63,931 nt of DNA, filler included, from Streblomastix strix (GCA_008636045.1; 3 parts of 3 records of this genome joined end to end with filler, not necessarily neighbours in it), one strand, 5' to 3'. Positions 25,038-39,548 are shown, numbered from the whole stretch's first letter. Notes: a model not told the origin generated them from the letters alone. Numbers and translations are program-made.

Positions 25038-28000
25038 TCAGTTGCTCTTCAATTTCAATTGGTAGATATTATCATTAAATTAACTGAATTATTCATTTTC
25101 ATTCAGATTTTCATTCTCACTCTGGTGCTTCAAATTAATCTGTTATTAGAACGAAATTCCATATTTTCCATTAAAATGAATCCTGCTTTTTATTATTAGA
25201 ATCACTTTTCTGTATATTTGCTTTAAATAAGGAATAACTATTGAAAGATGAATATACAGCGAAATAAGGAACTATAGTAGAATCAGTGGGGACATAAGGA
25301 TGAATGAGTAACCTAAATTGTATAACTATTGAAACTGATAAGAACGTATAAAAAATTATTACAAATAATTAAAACAAAATACAACTAAATATAATGATAA
25401 ATATAAATATAAATTAATATTAAGTGAAATTAGTTGTTTAATTTCAAAAATAAATTAATAATAAATGAAAAAAATATCAAACCGCTTCAATATATCCTTT
25501 GTAATAGTAATAGAACATAATAATTATTGAGAGTTTGTCTAAAGCACATCGTGTGTCTCTGACTCTTGGAAGATATGATGAAAAACGACCTGATAAAAAA
25601 TGAGTAAATTTTCAGAAGGATAGAATTATATGCAATATTATATTATATTATATTGTTTGATATTTATATATAAAATTAAATATTTATCGAATATTACAAA
25701 TTGAATATATAAAAATATAAGAAAATTAATATTTAAAGTTTATATAAAATAATAATTATTTGCATATAAATATTGGATCACAAACTTGTTTTCATCTAAG
25801 AGAAAAAGAATGGCGACTAAACAGAATGTTTTTCTTTTGCAATATTTTAATCATTTTTATTCTCACTTAATTTCTTATTTTTATTTTTCACTACTTTAAT
25901 CTTCTTCTTCTTCTCCTGTTTGCTGTTCAATTTCAATCTGTCTGTATGAGCAAGAATTGCAGACAACAAAATTCCTCCATAATACATAGCTTCTAAACAA
26001 AAAGTTGTGTACATTCCTTCTCTTGCAAACATGCGATTGCCTAATTTATATAATATATGAAAATAATTATGATGATGATTCAAATAATAATTAATAAATA
26101 TTGAAGAATTTAAATAATAATATGAAATAAAAAATGTTTATATAATAATAATAATGTTAAATAATAACACCATATGACACTCCCCATGAGAACACAAACA
26201 CTAATTCCTTCTTCAATCCACCAAATCCAATGAATACAGGTCCAATTGCAACCCATAGTGTAATTACAGCGAGATATATGCAGCTGTGTAATATTAATAT
26301 TAATATATAGAAATATTAATGAATAAATGGAAATATTATTAAATAAATGGAAATAAATGGAAATATTAATAAATAGAAATAAATTGAAATATTACTTAAT
26401 AAATAGAAATAAATGAAATTATAAATAAATAGAAATAAATTGAAATATTACTCAATGAAAAATTAATAAATTGCATTTAGATTCACAGACAAACCCTAAC
26501 AATCCAATGTGAAAATATGGATACAGTTGTTTAATCAGGAACTGAATAAGGCGAACTTTATATGATGGATGCCAAAGTGATAGATGAGATAGAGATGAAA
26601 TTGACTGTGATGAAATTGAGGATAAAGAAAGAGATGTAGAATTAATGGATTGTGAATTTATTGATTGTGAATTTAATGACTGTGAATATTAGAAGGGAGA
26701 ATTTGTCTGTACAACGTAATTAAGTGAAGCACTTTGGAAGGTTGGGCTGGAATTTATGTTCTAAATATCTTTTCTGAAGGATGAATTTGTTAATAATTTG
26801 CTGTTGTTGTTTTCATATGATAATTGATATGGATCTTCTTGATCATTGAATTCCAAATTACTATCGTATTCTTATTCTTCTGATTCTTTTTCATTTATCT
26901 GAGATAATTAACTAAATAAATTATTCTATTACAATTCATTTATATTACTTTCTTCTTATTAATATACTTTATCTCCTAAATCTTATTCATTTTCAAGCAA
27001 TTTATCTTCTTCAAGTTATTTTCCATACAATTTTTCACTTATTATATCTTTTATATAATTTCTTTTTCGTATCATTTCACATTAATATGTCAATTTATCC
27101 ATTTTTCTCATAATTTTGTATGGAAGGATCAAAACTAACAAAGAAGGGATTAAATAATCAGTATACAAATATGCGAAGATCAACTAGAATATGGATGGCC
27201 TATTAAATTCTTCATTTATTTTGTTATTCTTTCTTGCATAATTATTATTACTAGTAATGTTATTTGTTAATTAATGAGCATTATCATCATTATTTATTGA
27301 TTCATTACTATTAATGTTTTTCTTATTTTTGATTTTCTTTTATTGTTTCTCAATCTTTTTTTATTATTTAATATCTTCTGATTCTTCTTTCTTTAACTCC
27401 TTTAATTTCTTTTTTTCAATCTTTTTCTACTTCTTTTTATCTTTTTCTTCCTATTTATCATTCTTTTTCTGATTTTATTCATTTTAATTCTAATTTTCCT
27501 TTGATTTTTCATTGAATTTCAATTTCTCTTCATTTTCACTGAAATTTTCATCTAATTTTTCATCTGTTCTGTCATCATTAAATAAATCAGGATCAAGATA
27601 TTGATTGGATACAACAGCAGCTATAATATCTTCCCAATTGAATTGACTATTTTTCTATTCAAATTTTTCTTATTATTTTTATATTTTTCTTAATTTCTTC
27701 TTTTTAATCTTATTAATATTTTTCTTATTATTCTTTTCATTGTTCTCTTCTTGATCATTATTATTTTCATACATATTTTCATTTTCATAATTATTATTTT
27801 ATTCATATTTCCATCTATTTTCATATTTCATCAGCAATTTCGCAAAACATGGTATAGATTATGACAAAGGTATCAGCACAATAATCACAACTAGTCCTAA
27901 ATACATCACTTGATAAAAGAAGTAATCTGTTGAAGTATAATTGAGGACCCACAACCCACCTGATGGAGAAGGTAATTGAGTGTATGAATCAACTGAGAAT

Positions 28001-31000
28001 GGGTGATGTGATAGAATGAACTCTGAATGTTATTATTATTATTGTTATTATTATTGATATTATTAATAAGGTTATTGATATGAGTCTTGATGTGAGAATG
28101 TTGGGATTGATGATGAATTGATATCATTTACTGATTTGTTGAATATTTCATTTTCTATGATGTTTGTGTTATTATTAGAAATTACAACATGAAGAATCAT
28201 AGTATTGACTTTTTCAATCTTTCCTAAATATTAATGTAAAATAGTATAATTATAATAATAAAAATTATTTATTTATTTATTTATTTAATTTAATTTATAT
28301 ATAAATAAAAATTATATAATATGATATAATATAAAAATGCAAACCATTAAATTTCATTAAATCATTGTTTGCAATAGTTTAATTCATCAACAAATTCTTT
28401 TCTTATTCTCTCAAATAATCATATGAAAACAATAATGGATTCCACTCTCCAGTAAAAAGTGGTATTTGCTTCTCATTATTATTATTTTATTATTAATTTG
28501 ATAAAGTGAGATTGATTGATGTAAGAAGACGGGTTTCATAATTCTCAATTTTCTGATATTTTGACTAATTTCTTGGAATATGTTATTAATTTTATTGATT
28601 CTATTTACTTGATTCTTATTATTTCTAATTTTAATTCAGGTTTTAAAGGTTAATATTATCCATATCCAAATTATTCTAACTTATATTCACATAAATATTA
28701 TCTTCTTCTTCTTATTCTTATTCAACTTAATATGTTGATGTCCCACCAACTTTATACTTTGTCAATTCATCTACACCTGTTAATATATCAACCCAACACT
28801 TAATAATTGGTCTCTGAGAGAAAATAAGTGCTCTGGAATATTAAAAATAAATATTGAATATAAAAATTAATAAAATGCAAAATTATAAATATAAAAATTT
28901 CGGTATAAAACAAATTATTTAATTTATCTATATATATTATGAATATTCGCAAACCTTATATGAGTTGAATTCTTCACAAGCCAATGAGGAACTCGTTGTG
29001 TGATTTGCATAACATTTGGAGGATTAGTAATTGCTCCATATATTATTGGAGGAAGTTAAGATGAATTTGCTGAATTAATAGGAAATGTATAAGTCTTATT
29101 ATTATTCACAGCTGGAGAATTTTTATTCAAATTTAAATTCAAATTATCAATTTATTCTATTTTCTCGTCTGTTTATTAACTTTAATTGTTTTCCTGTTCT
29201 AATTAAACAGTATCTATAATTCCTGGTTTCAATCTTCCTAGTTCATATTTGCAGTCAATAAAACTAACCAATTCATTATCAATGACATATATACGAAAGA
29301 GCTAAGATTCTAACATAGCAGCTAATAATATGATAATATAAACGATATATTTAAAATTTAATTATTGAATAATAATAATAATAATTTATAAGAAAAAAAT
29401 TAAAAAAAATTAAAATCCAATAATTATTCCTGATATCACATTTTACATTTGTTCATTTAATTAATTTATTTATCTATCAACTATATATATTGCAAACCAA
29501 CTTAAGCTTCAACATAACGCCTTTAATCTCGAGTAGTATCCATCCTCTCACTGTGAATATGACCTTGAATTTAATTAATATAAATGAACAAATGAATATA
29601 AATATGTTTAAATTATTTATTAAGAAAATTATTTAATTAAATAATATTCCTAATAAATAATTAAATATTTTTTTTAATACCTGATATGAATCCCCAAATA
29701 TTACGTCGATGCAATTCTGAATAATTATTAAATTTCAAAGAAAAATATTATTAATAAAATATAGAAAATTAACTTAATTTATATTAACTTAAATTAATTT
29801 AAATAATTATAATAATTTCATATTAATATTAAAATCCATTGAAATAATAATAAAGTATATGTTCATAATTATCTCAACAAACCATCATTTTCATTCAATT
29901 TCCCTTATTTCAATATCTTCTATATCTTGTGTCTTGTATCCATGTCTAATGAAGGAGAATTGTAATGCGAAACTAAAAAAACATGATTTGAATCAAGAAT
30001 TTCTGGATTTGAAAGTTCTGACTAAAGTTGCTCATATTGAGATGCCTAAATGATTATAGGGTTAATATATATGTAAATAGAATAAATGAATAAATATGAA
30101 GATGGAATAGTGAATTAATATGTGTTAAATTATAAACTTAATTTATAATATTTATTAATAAAAAATTATTATCATTATATCATATAAAATAGGTATACTT
30201 TTTAATATGATTTCGTTTTCCATCTGTTAAAACCACCAAAAATGCTGAATGAAAGATCAGTTCCAGGATCAGGAACAGCATCAATTAATACAAATGAATA
30301 TTTGAGCTTCTTTTTATCTTAGTGTTATTATTATTATTATTAATTATTTAATAATTCTGATTGAATGGTGATATTATTATTATTATCATAATCATTGTTT
30401 TCGTTATTATTATCAAAATCATTATTTATGTTATAATAATCAATATTGAAGTATCGAGAATAAACATGTCTTTTTTCAAAGCCACAAGATGCATATATTG
30501 AAAAAGGATCTTCATCTGTGAAATAATGTGTGATTCCTAAAGCTAAATTGAAAAATTAGAGAAAAAAAATGAAAATAATAAAATGGCAAGACTTATAAAA
30601 TAATTCATAATAAATAAATAAGCAATTTATTCGTATTGTATCGTACTATCATGATTTCCTTTGACATCCAATATGTACTAAGTTAAAAATAAATAAATAA
30701 TGGATTTAATATGATATAATAATAATATATACCTCGCATGGTTTCCATTCTGGTCAATAAATCGCTTTTTGATATAATTTCCAATCTGATGTTGCGTTGC
30801 TAGGTTTCAAACTTAGACTAATGCAAATTAAGCATAAATACGAAAATAATAATGAGATAACAAATAAACAAAAGGTATATATAATAAATAATAATAAATA
30901 TTTGAATTATTATTAGTTTATTAGATTTATATACCCAATTCTTCCTTCGACCATATCACCTGAATTAATAACCTAGGATAATGTAAAATAGAATAAAAAT

Positions 31001-31381
31001 ATATTTAATTATTATATTAGAATCATTGAAATAAAAATACCACAAATGGCTTTACCAGATCGTGAACTACTTCATCAAAATAACTCCTATTTCGAATATA
31101 TTTAAATAAATTGTTAAAATTGAAGTTAATATCAATTAAAAATTGGCAAACTTTGCATAATCTGCAAGATAATTTGATTCTCCAATATGTATATCTGAGC
31201 AGTGGATGAACCATGCGATGCCATTGCTGCTATTTCCAATAATTCCACTTGCATTAACAAAATTCTCCCTTTGTTCATAATGGAGCTATGGCGTGTCATT
31301 GTAATAAAAGGTAAGGAGTGTGTAAATCAGGATCTAAAGACCAGAAATAAAGTGAAACACTCCAGCTAAATAGCAGATCAT
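25038..31381 (-). CDS. TMEM62: TMEM62-like calcineurin-like metallophosphoesterase with C-terminal transmembrane region
   Basis: N-terminal hydrophobic segment (MICYLAGVFHFISGLQILIYTLLTFYY), then all five MPP motifs across spliced exons: WFIHCSDIHIG, VINSGDMVE, ILDVKGNHD, FLVSHY, FISGHIH. TMEM62-type segments also present: YSFVLIDAVPDPG, FRIYVIDNELVSF, AITNP...NSTHIRALIFS, PLFTGEWNP, LWVAIGPVFIG, GYSFILMSPL. Stop TGA 25038-25040. Confidence 0.8.
26310..26465. repeat. Degenerate intronic minisatellite (AAATAAAT(G/A)GAAAT...) in the TMEM62-like gene
   Basis: Repeated AAATAAATGGAAATATTA / AATAAATAGAAATAAATTGAAATATTACT units. Confidence 0.6.
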
Positions 31382-33040
31382 TCTGAAAATTAAGTGCAAA
31401 ACAGGTTAATCTAGAAAAACAGAAATAATAAAGGAAATTATAAAAATATTGTAAAATTTTAAATAATATAATAAATTATATTGGAGTCTGGCATTAATTA
31501 ATAATAACAATAATCGGAAATAGATGAAAAACTAATAATTATTAAAATATAATATTTTTTAAGTTTATCTTGTGATAATTAAAATTAATTGTGATAATTT
31601 TATGTTAGGTTATACAACTAATTAAAAAAATAAAAATTGGAAAATAAAATTATAATTAATTTAAGTTTCTTGTAATGAAAAAAACTAGTTTTAAATAAAA
31701 AAAAATTGAGGTTTGAAAATTTCGGAATAGGAACTAAAATTGATGTAAATTTATAAATAAAATTAAATAATTGAAAATTGTGTAACGATTGTAGTAATAT
31801 ATGAAAAAGCAAGAATGCAAAAAAGAAAATTAAGAAAACAATTGTTGATTAAAGCAAATTTTCAGTGTTTTTGAATATATTTATTTTATATAATTAAATT
31901 TTAATTTATGAATGTTATTTAAAAGTAGAAATTCTTTCAAAATTAAATATTTTTTCTTGATGAATATGATATATTTTACAAAAATATATTCAAAACATTC
32001 TTAAATTTTTATATGTTAATGAGATATATTATAAAACATGAAAAAATTAGCTTTACTATAATGGTTTCGGAAATATATAACTCATTAACCAGCACACGAT
32101 AATACACTCATGGTGAAGAAACATACTAAGTATGCAATTGTTATTAAAAGAATTTATATCTCGTTAATTGATGGTGCTCGCTCGCAACATAAAAGTTAAA
32201 TTTATTAAAAATTAGCTTTACTTAAAGATATATCATATATTTCTTTAGAATTTATATATATATTCAATAAAATTTATAATTTTGTTACATTTGACTATTA
32301 AATTTTTCTGAAAAATGATAAGTATAGTAGTTTTTCATTAACTTAATTTTTATTTTATTTTTCGCAGATTTGTGATCGTCATTTTAATTGATCTCTTATT
32401 TGATATTATTGTAGCTGAGATTTAATCATATCTACCAAGTATTCTATAGTTTTTCAATCAAATTAATTATTTATTTGGGTAAGTTTGATTGGGAATAACA
32501 TTTTACTATTTTATTTGATTAAATATATTTGTGTGTAAATTAAGAAAATGAATGTATTTTTAATTGCCAATTCTCCTTATCCACGGAGAAACGGTATGTT
32601 TTGCAAAACTCCTGGATTGAGTCAGTAAAGATTTTATTTAATATGTATATATAACAATTTAAATTAAATGCTCAAATATAAATATTTAAAATAATTGTTT
32701 TGTAAAATTAACTTGAAATTGAAATGAAAATTGAATTTTAAATTGGTATTTAATTGAAAATTTTCAAAATTGGTTTGTAATTGTAATATGTATAAATTTT
32801 TATTATTGTTTGCTTTATTTTGTTATTGTGATCTATTTAAATGTTTTTATGTGAAATAATTATAAAAATATCTTAGCAAATTTTTTATATAAAAAATATA
32901 AAAAAAAATCTCAATTTATTGCCTTATTTTGTACTACAATAATTAAGTTATTATTTTAAATATTTATATTTGAGCATTTAATTTAAATAATTATATATAT
33001 ACATATTAAATAAAATCTTTACAGATTCAATACGGGAGTT

Positions 33041-34200
33041 TTGCAAAACATACAGTTTCTCTGTGGACAAAGAGAACTAGCAATTAAAAATACATTCATT
33101 TTCTTAATTTTCACACATATATTAATATTTGAAAATATTATACTGTTTGCAAAATTCAACCAAACTTACCCAGATAAACTGGCCATTGTTACATTTGACA
33201 TAGATGTAGATGTTTTGATGCCCTCAACTTCTGTTGATAACAAAAAGCACATTGAATCTTTGATTGATTAAATTTAACAATATGGAGGAACTTTGCTTTC
33301 AGGAGGACTTGAAGAAGGAATAAATCAAATCGAAAAAGCATTTTTTAATTGAGCCAAAAAATTATTCTTCTTTCAGATGAGCTTACCAAAATTGGTGTCT
33401 CAGACATTGATGGTGTATCAAATATTGCAGCTTCTCATCGCTCAAGTGGAATATCAGTTTCAACAGTCAGACTTGGACTGGACAATAGCGAAGAATTAAT
33501 GTCAGAAGAGGCACAAAAAGAAATAATAACATCAATTCTTGGATAAATTAGTAATGGAGGTCGAAATCAAGTTCAATAATTCATTCATGTGGCAGAGATA
33601 ATCATAACTTCTGAAACAGATGAAGTTAAAACCAAAACAATTAAGAAAATAAAATAACATGATAAATCTGTTGTTGAAACAATCCTAAGTGCACATAGTT
33701 AACATCTACTTCAGATCCAACATGTCATTACAATACCATAGGATAAGTTAATTCAAATTCAACAACAATATGATGTTGGAATGAATTCTTTTTCAGCAGT
33801 TTCATTAAGGACCAGATATATTGTAGATACGCTTGCCTTATACAAGTTAACGAGAACTTTGAAAGATGATATTCCACAAAAAGAAATAAAAGATATTACT
33901 TCAAGCGAGCAAAAATCATACAGATTACAGCAAATTCCACTTGATCAACAACAATCATCAGTTCAAGTTACCATTAACAATATACTATTAAAATAACAGG
34001 AGAATCTGGACGAAGTAGAAGTTTAACTCGTAGCTGCAGAAAACGACAGCGACTTAAAAAATCACTACGAAAAGTTATTTGACATGTAAAATTTTGTGGA
34101 CTTTTCAGATTAAGACTCAGCTCCAATGATAGCAATGATGGCGTCAAGTTCCAGAGCACAACCAGATTTGGATGAAATATATCCAAATATGGAACTTTGA
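33041..34200 (+). pseudogene. von Willebrand factor A (VWA) domain gene, disrupted or misassembled
   Basis: DKLAIVTFDIDVDVLMPST...LIDQIQQYGGTLLSGGLEEGINQI, then TGA 33350-33352 and a frameshift before KIILLSDELTKIG...GISVSTVRLGLDNSEELM. The second frame stays open to TGA 34198-34200. The N-terminal DxSxS MIDAS part was not found. Confidence 0.65.
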
Positions 34201-35068
34201 CTAATAGAGTGAGAAATACTTTGATTGTTTGATTAGTTTTTGAAACCATTCACAAATTCTATTCTGTTTCTTGATCATTTATTCCATCATTCAAAAATAT
34301 AATAAATGATATCTGATTAGTAAAATTGGAATCATTTTTGATTTAAATATACAATATATACAAAAAGATTTTGCGAGTAATAAAGGTTTAAATTTTTTAC
34401 AAAATATTTTAAACAAATTTTGGAAATGTTATCTAAACTGCTAAGCATCTAATATATCAAGCACATTATAATGATTATATATTTATTTATTTGAATTGAC
34501 AATTATTGAAATTGAAACAAATAGAAAAGAAAATCAAAGATAAGAATAAAAGATAAATATAAAAAAAAGGAAATAATCGATCAAAATAATGTGGTAGATG
34601 TAGTGTTTAATATAAATCTGTAGTTATTAAGTATTGAAATTATTTCTATTATGATGATATGGTATTTGTCTGCTCAATAATAATTTTAAAATAATTTTGC
34701 TTTTTTTAAAAAAAAATTAAAAATCAATTAAACTAATATTATAAAAAAATATCATAATTAATTTAATAAAATTGCAAATTTATATCAAAATAAATCTTTA
34801 ACGCAATAGTTATTTCCTACGTTTTTAATGAATTTTAAAGCCTGAATTGATGATGATAAATATTCTTTATTTTACAAGATAAAGATATTCATTCTCTATT
34901 TAAAAAATGAATCGTTTTTGATTAAAATTTGAATTAAATGTTCTTTTTGTTTTATTTAGGGATAAATAAAAATATAAGTAAACAAACTCTTTAAAACTAA
35001 TAAATAAGACTATTGATTGTCTTAAATTAATAAGCATTTTCCTCTTTAGTGATATTTCATTATTCTAA

Positions 35069-38000
35069 TCATGTATTCAATGAATCTTTAAGAATTTATG
35101 CAAAGTATCTTACACCATCACTTGATCGAGTATCCGTGTGGAATAACAGAGCATCATCTTCATCTTCAATTCCATCTTCTTCGATCTTTTCTTTAATTCC
35201 TATCTTCAGTTTATTTATTTATTGAGATCTTTTCATATCATTCGACTATGCATTATTATTGATTCTTAAAATAAAGAAACATATATTCTTAACAACTCTG
35301 CATAATGCATAATCTTCATCATTGCTTATTCCATTTGCATCACTCATAATACTGGAAGCTATTCCACTTAAGTCAATTTTATCTTCATATTCATTTAAGG
35401 ATTCTGTTGCTTATGAGTTAATAACAGAGTTTTCAGTTTGTAATGAGTCTTCTTAGGCATTAGATGTTCCTTCTTGTTTTTATGGGTTAATTTAGACTTA
35501 TGCAATTGATATTTTAATCAAATTTATTATTGATGGTTTTTGATACACTTATTTTTCAATTGATTTTGATTTTAATATTATCCGAGACAAAAGTTTAAGT
35601 GCAGAATTTGATTAAAATTGTGAGTGATGAGCATATTAAAGAGGTTTAATTATTGAAAATGAATCAATATGTGATTTATCTTCTTAAATATCTAATTCAG
35701 AACTTTTCATAATAAATGGCTTCAAATGATCGATAACTTTGTGCTTTAAGTTAATTTCATTAATTTCATCTTCTTTTATGTCTAATACAAGAAATGAAAG
35801 AGAATCAAAAGCTGAAGAAACAACATCTGATGCTGATTTTTGATTTGTATGTGTGAATTTCAAAGGACAGCTACAATTCAAATGAATGAGTGGAAAAATA
35901 ACTTCATGTATTTTATGCTGATTAACTAAGATTTAGTTTTAATTAGTATGAATTGCTAAACATGAAATTGATGTTAGAACTTTAAGCAAAGTTTCTACAT
36001 CAGAAGAATCGGCAAATGATGCTTGATTATATTCTAAATTCAACTGTTATGTAATTACTAATGAATTCTTCTACAGCTATTGATTGAATTTTTCATGATA
36101 GTTGAAAAATAATGATGAGCATATGTTGAGAATGTTGGCATCAATACTGAATTTCTTATGTATGCAGCTAATGTAGATGGCAACTTACAGTTATATTCTT
36201 TCTTTCAATTATTTTATTTCATCATTATCTTCATCATTTTATTTTTCTTCTAAAATTTTCTATAAGAAATCTGAAAAAAATTTTCTTGAGAAAGAAAAGA
36301 AATGGTTAAATTCTCTGTAATTTCCCATTATTACTCCACGTTTAAGAATTAATGTAAATAAAGATATGATATTCTCCACTATGTCAAATTACTATCTATG
36401 ATAATATTCTTTGATGGAAAAGATAAACCATTCAAATATTTATTAATCAATCAGATTAAAGCACATTTAATTATCAGAATTTTCTATAAGTTAGTGAAAG
36501 AATTTAACTGAATTTATCAATTCAATTTCTTTTGAATTCTTAAGTTAATCAAATAGAATAATATATATTGCTTCACGAACAATACCAATAACCCCTTAAG
36601 ATAACTCTTTATCTCTAAATTCATTTGTTATTAAAATCATCTTCTTCACAATATCCCATTTATAATTATTTTATAAATATTCTTTATTTTCATTCTTTTA
36701 TTAATTCTAAATATCATCTAATTTAATCAATTAGTTTTATTCCTTCATTTTCCCTATATTTTCCTCATTTTAATTTAAATTCTTCTCAAATAACTCAATT
36801 TAATTTTATTTATTAATATCTTACTCTTTCTCAATCCCAATCTTATTAGAATTAATTTTATTATTAATTTCTTCGTTTTAAATCTTATGTTCATATGCTA
36901 ATGATATTAATTCATTTCTTTATTTGGAAAGTTTGTTCATTTTATCTTCTTCCAGATACCATGCAATTAATGTGAATATCTTTCTATTGACTTCCATTTC
37001 AGAAATTGCTTTTTTATATTTTTGTTTCTATTCATTATTATCGGATGAATCAAAAAGATGAGCATAATTCTATCTCTTAATAAGACTTTCTAATTGATCA
37101 ATTGAAATTACTGCTTTGAACTTTTGAGGAGTATTTTCATTACCATTAATTAAAAGAATGTTGAAAAGCTAAATAATATTAAACAGGTTTGAAGAATCAA
37201 CTTTGTCAATGTATGAATATAATAACTTAATAATTTTACTATTCATTATAGTTTCAATATTTCTTTGATGGCAAGATAATTATACAAGCTAAGGAATTTC
37301 ACTAATAATGTTTTCATTCTCCAACAATTTAAATTAGATTTGTTCTTCTAACCAAGAAACAGTAGTAACGATTAATTCAGATGGAAATTATTACCCCTAA
37401 AATGCATATATAAGAATTTAAATTAAGTGATTAGTAAACTATTTTGAATTATTGTGATTCTGAGCTATTTTTATAAGGATATCAATTGTTCCATTATTTT
37501 TCAGCGCATCAAAGAAAGTATTCTTGCCAATAATGGGGGAGTTTAATTTGAAATTGTCAGAAGATGTATTGATTGAAAGTCCAGATTTAATGTCTCTAAA
37601 AATTATTATTGTGGCCAATTGAATATAAATATTAGTTGGATTTTCAAGAATTTTAGAAAGATATTGAATGATATCAATTCTAGATTAAATGTAGTTATAA
37701 TTGGACGAATTTATATTAGTAAATATTTCAAATACTTCTAAGTACTGAGGCTAAATTTATCTATTCTATAGATGATGAAGAATCTTCACAATTTGAGAAA
37801 GAATATCTGCTTTTATGATTTATTACTTTGAATTTTCATGTGCCAATACAGCTTATATAATCAACCTGCAACAACAGTTTATCAATCCAAGTGTAAGTGG
37901 TTGAATATTGTCATTATTTTACTCCTATTATATTATCTGTTTATTTACTTCGCTAAGAATGGTAAGAACAGTTGGAATAAATTCATTAGTTAATATTTAT

Positions 38001-39548
38001 TACTTTTCTTATTCATTTGTGAGAATAAATCTTTTAATTAAGACAAAGAGGTTGTAAATACTAACAAGTTATGCATTATCAGAATGTTTCATTAAGAATG
38101 TAAGAATTTCTTCATCAAATTGTGTACTTGAGTCTCCAATTAATTTTAGGAAATCAAATATATCAATTGAATTCTTGATTTCAATTTCAAGTTCAGTTTC
38201 TTTTTAGGCTAAATGAAACAACAGCTCTAGAGCAAAATGATGAATTCTTTAATCATTTGATTATAAATGATTAATAACTGTCTTAATGAAGTTTTCAGAT
38301 ATGATCTCGGGTATATTTCCTTCATCTACAGCTAATCCACAAAGCATATCAAGCATGCATGCAACTTAATCTGAAGGCTTTTCTTTTGTGTTCAAATATT
38401 TAAGTCGCAAGAATAGATGTTGCTTCATTTTCTGATCAACTTCTTGACCTCTCATCAATGTACTCAAAATAACTACAGCTTAGTCTTTCAGAAAGTCAGT
38501 CTCACCATGAATAAGGCAAGTTTAGTAAACTTGGAATATAACACCATCATTTTTTGCATCGGAATAAAGTGGATGAATTGTTCTTGTTTAAATTCTAAAC
38601 TATCCATATTCCATGATGTCAAACATTATTGTAATGACATCTCTTTTAATTATCAGGTTTGTGTGATCAAGAAGGCGAGATAATGTTTGTAATCCTCTAT
38701 TAACCATCATTTCTTGTTTTGATTCATTGCTTGCTTTTCTCACTAGACATAATAATATTTATGTGTGATAATTGTTTACATAATACAAGGGAAGTGTTGA
38801 AAGAAGATTCATAAGGAGTTATGGAATCTTCATTATTAAGGCTGCTTTAGCTGAAAGTGGGTGTAAATTGATGATAAATGAAAGAATATAACATGAAATC
38901 TTGGTGATAAGATGATAATTTGCTGGTAAAGTCAGAAATCTTCCTTATGGGATTCTTCTTTCTATTTAATTCCCACGTATTAGCTCCAGTAAATTATGAA
39001 TCTCTCTTATAAACCCCTATTCATAAAACTTTTAAGCTTATATCTTTTATTAAATTGGATCTTTCTCATAAAATTCAATAAGAAACATTTCACTTATTTC
39101 TTTCAATTATTAACTGCATTGTTCCACTGTGATAAGTGATGTGAAATTGAGATATTTGTTTTGAATCAGATTATCCAGTTATTCTTTTGAAGAAAAAAAG
39201 ACCAGTGCTTATCGATTTCCTAATCCATTTATATCTTCAAGCCATAAAAATCTAGTAATAAAAACATATAGTAGTAAAATAAATCAGAAAATTATAATAT
39301 TATATACTATATCTATCCAAATTTGCTTAAAAAGATATGAAGTTCATTTTATTTTGTTTCAGCTTCAAGATCACTACAAACTGCAATGAAATCCCCAAAT
39401 TATTGAAATAAGCCTGGTGGGACATTTTATTATTCCTACTACGTGATAAAATGTAATAGAACAAAAATTACTAGTATAAACAAACTAATTTGTTGTTAAT
39501 GTTATCAGTATGTACTTCTTATTCTTCAACAATATGTTATTTTGCCAT
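35069..39548 (-). CDS. Large protein: N-terminal RRM-like domain, ARM/HEAT-like helical repeats, coiled coil, C-terminal 'IEEDG' family module
   Basis: ATG 39548 (MAKQHIVEEQE), two short 5' introns, then a ~4.2 kb exon to TGA 35069-35071. RRM-like: FIAVCSDLEAETKQNELHIFLSKFGQIQFLWL...RQALVFFSSKEQLDNLIQ. Leu/Ile-rich helical repeats follow, ending IKEKIEEDGIEDEDDALLFH. Confidence 0.7.

Noticed and set aside
32060..32630. Possible 5' exons of the VWA gene
   Set aside because: Short GC-richer patches exist, but I could not splice them into a frame that supplies the missing DxSxS motif.
17425..33352. TGA reassigned to Trp or Sec (all-three-stop recoding)
   Set aside because: In-frame TGAs occur only in genes with other lesions, and they stand for different expected residues (Gly in NGGCIY, probably Arg or Trp elsewhere). 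Intact genes use TGG for Trp and end in TGA.
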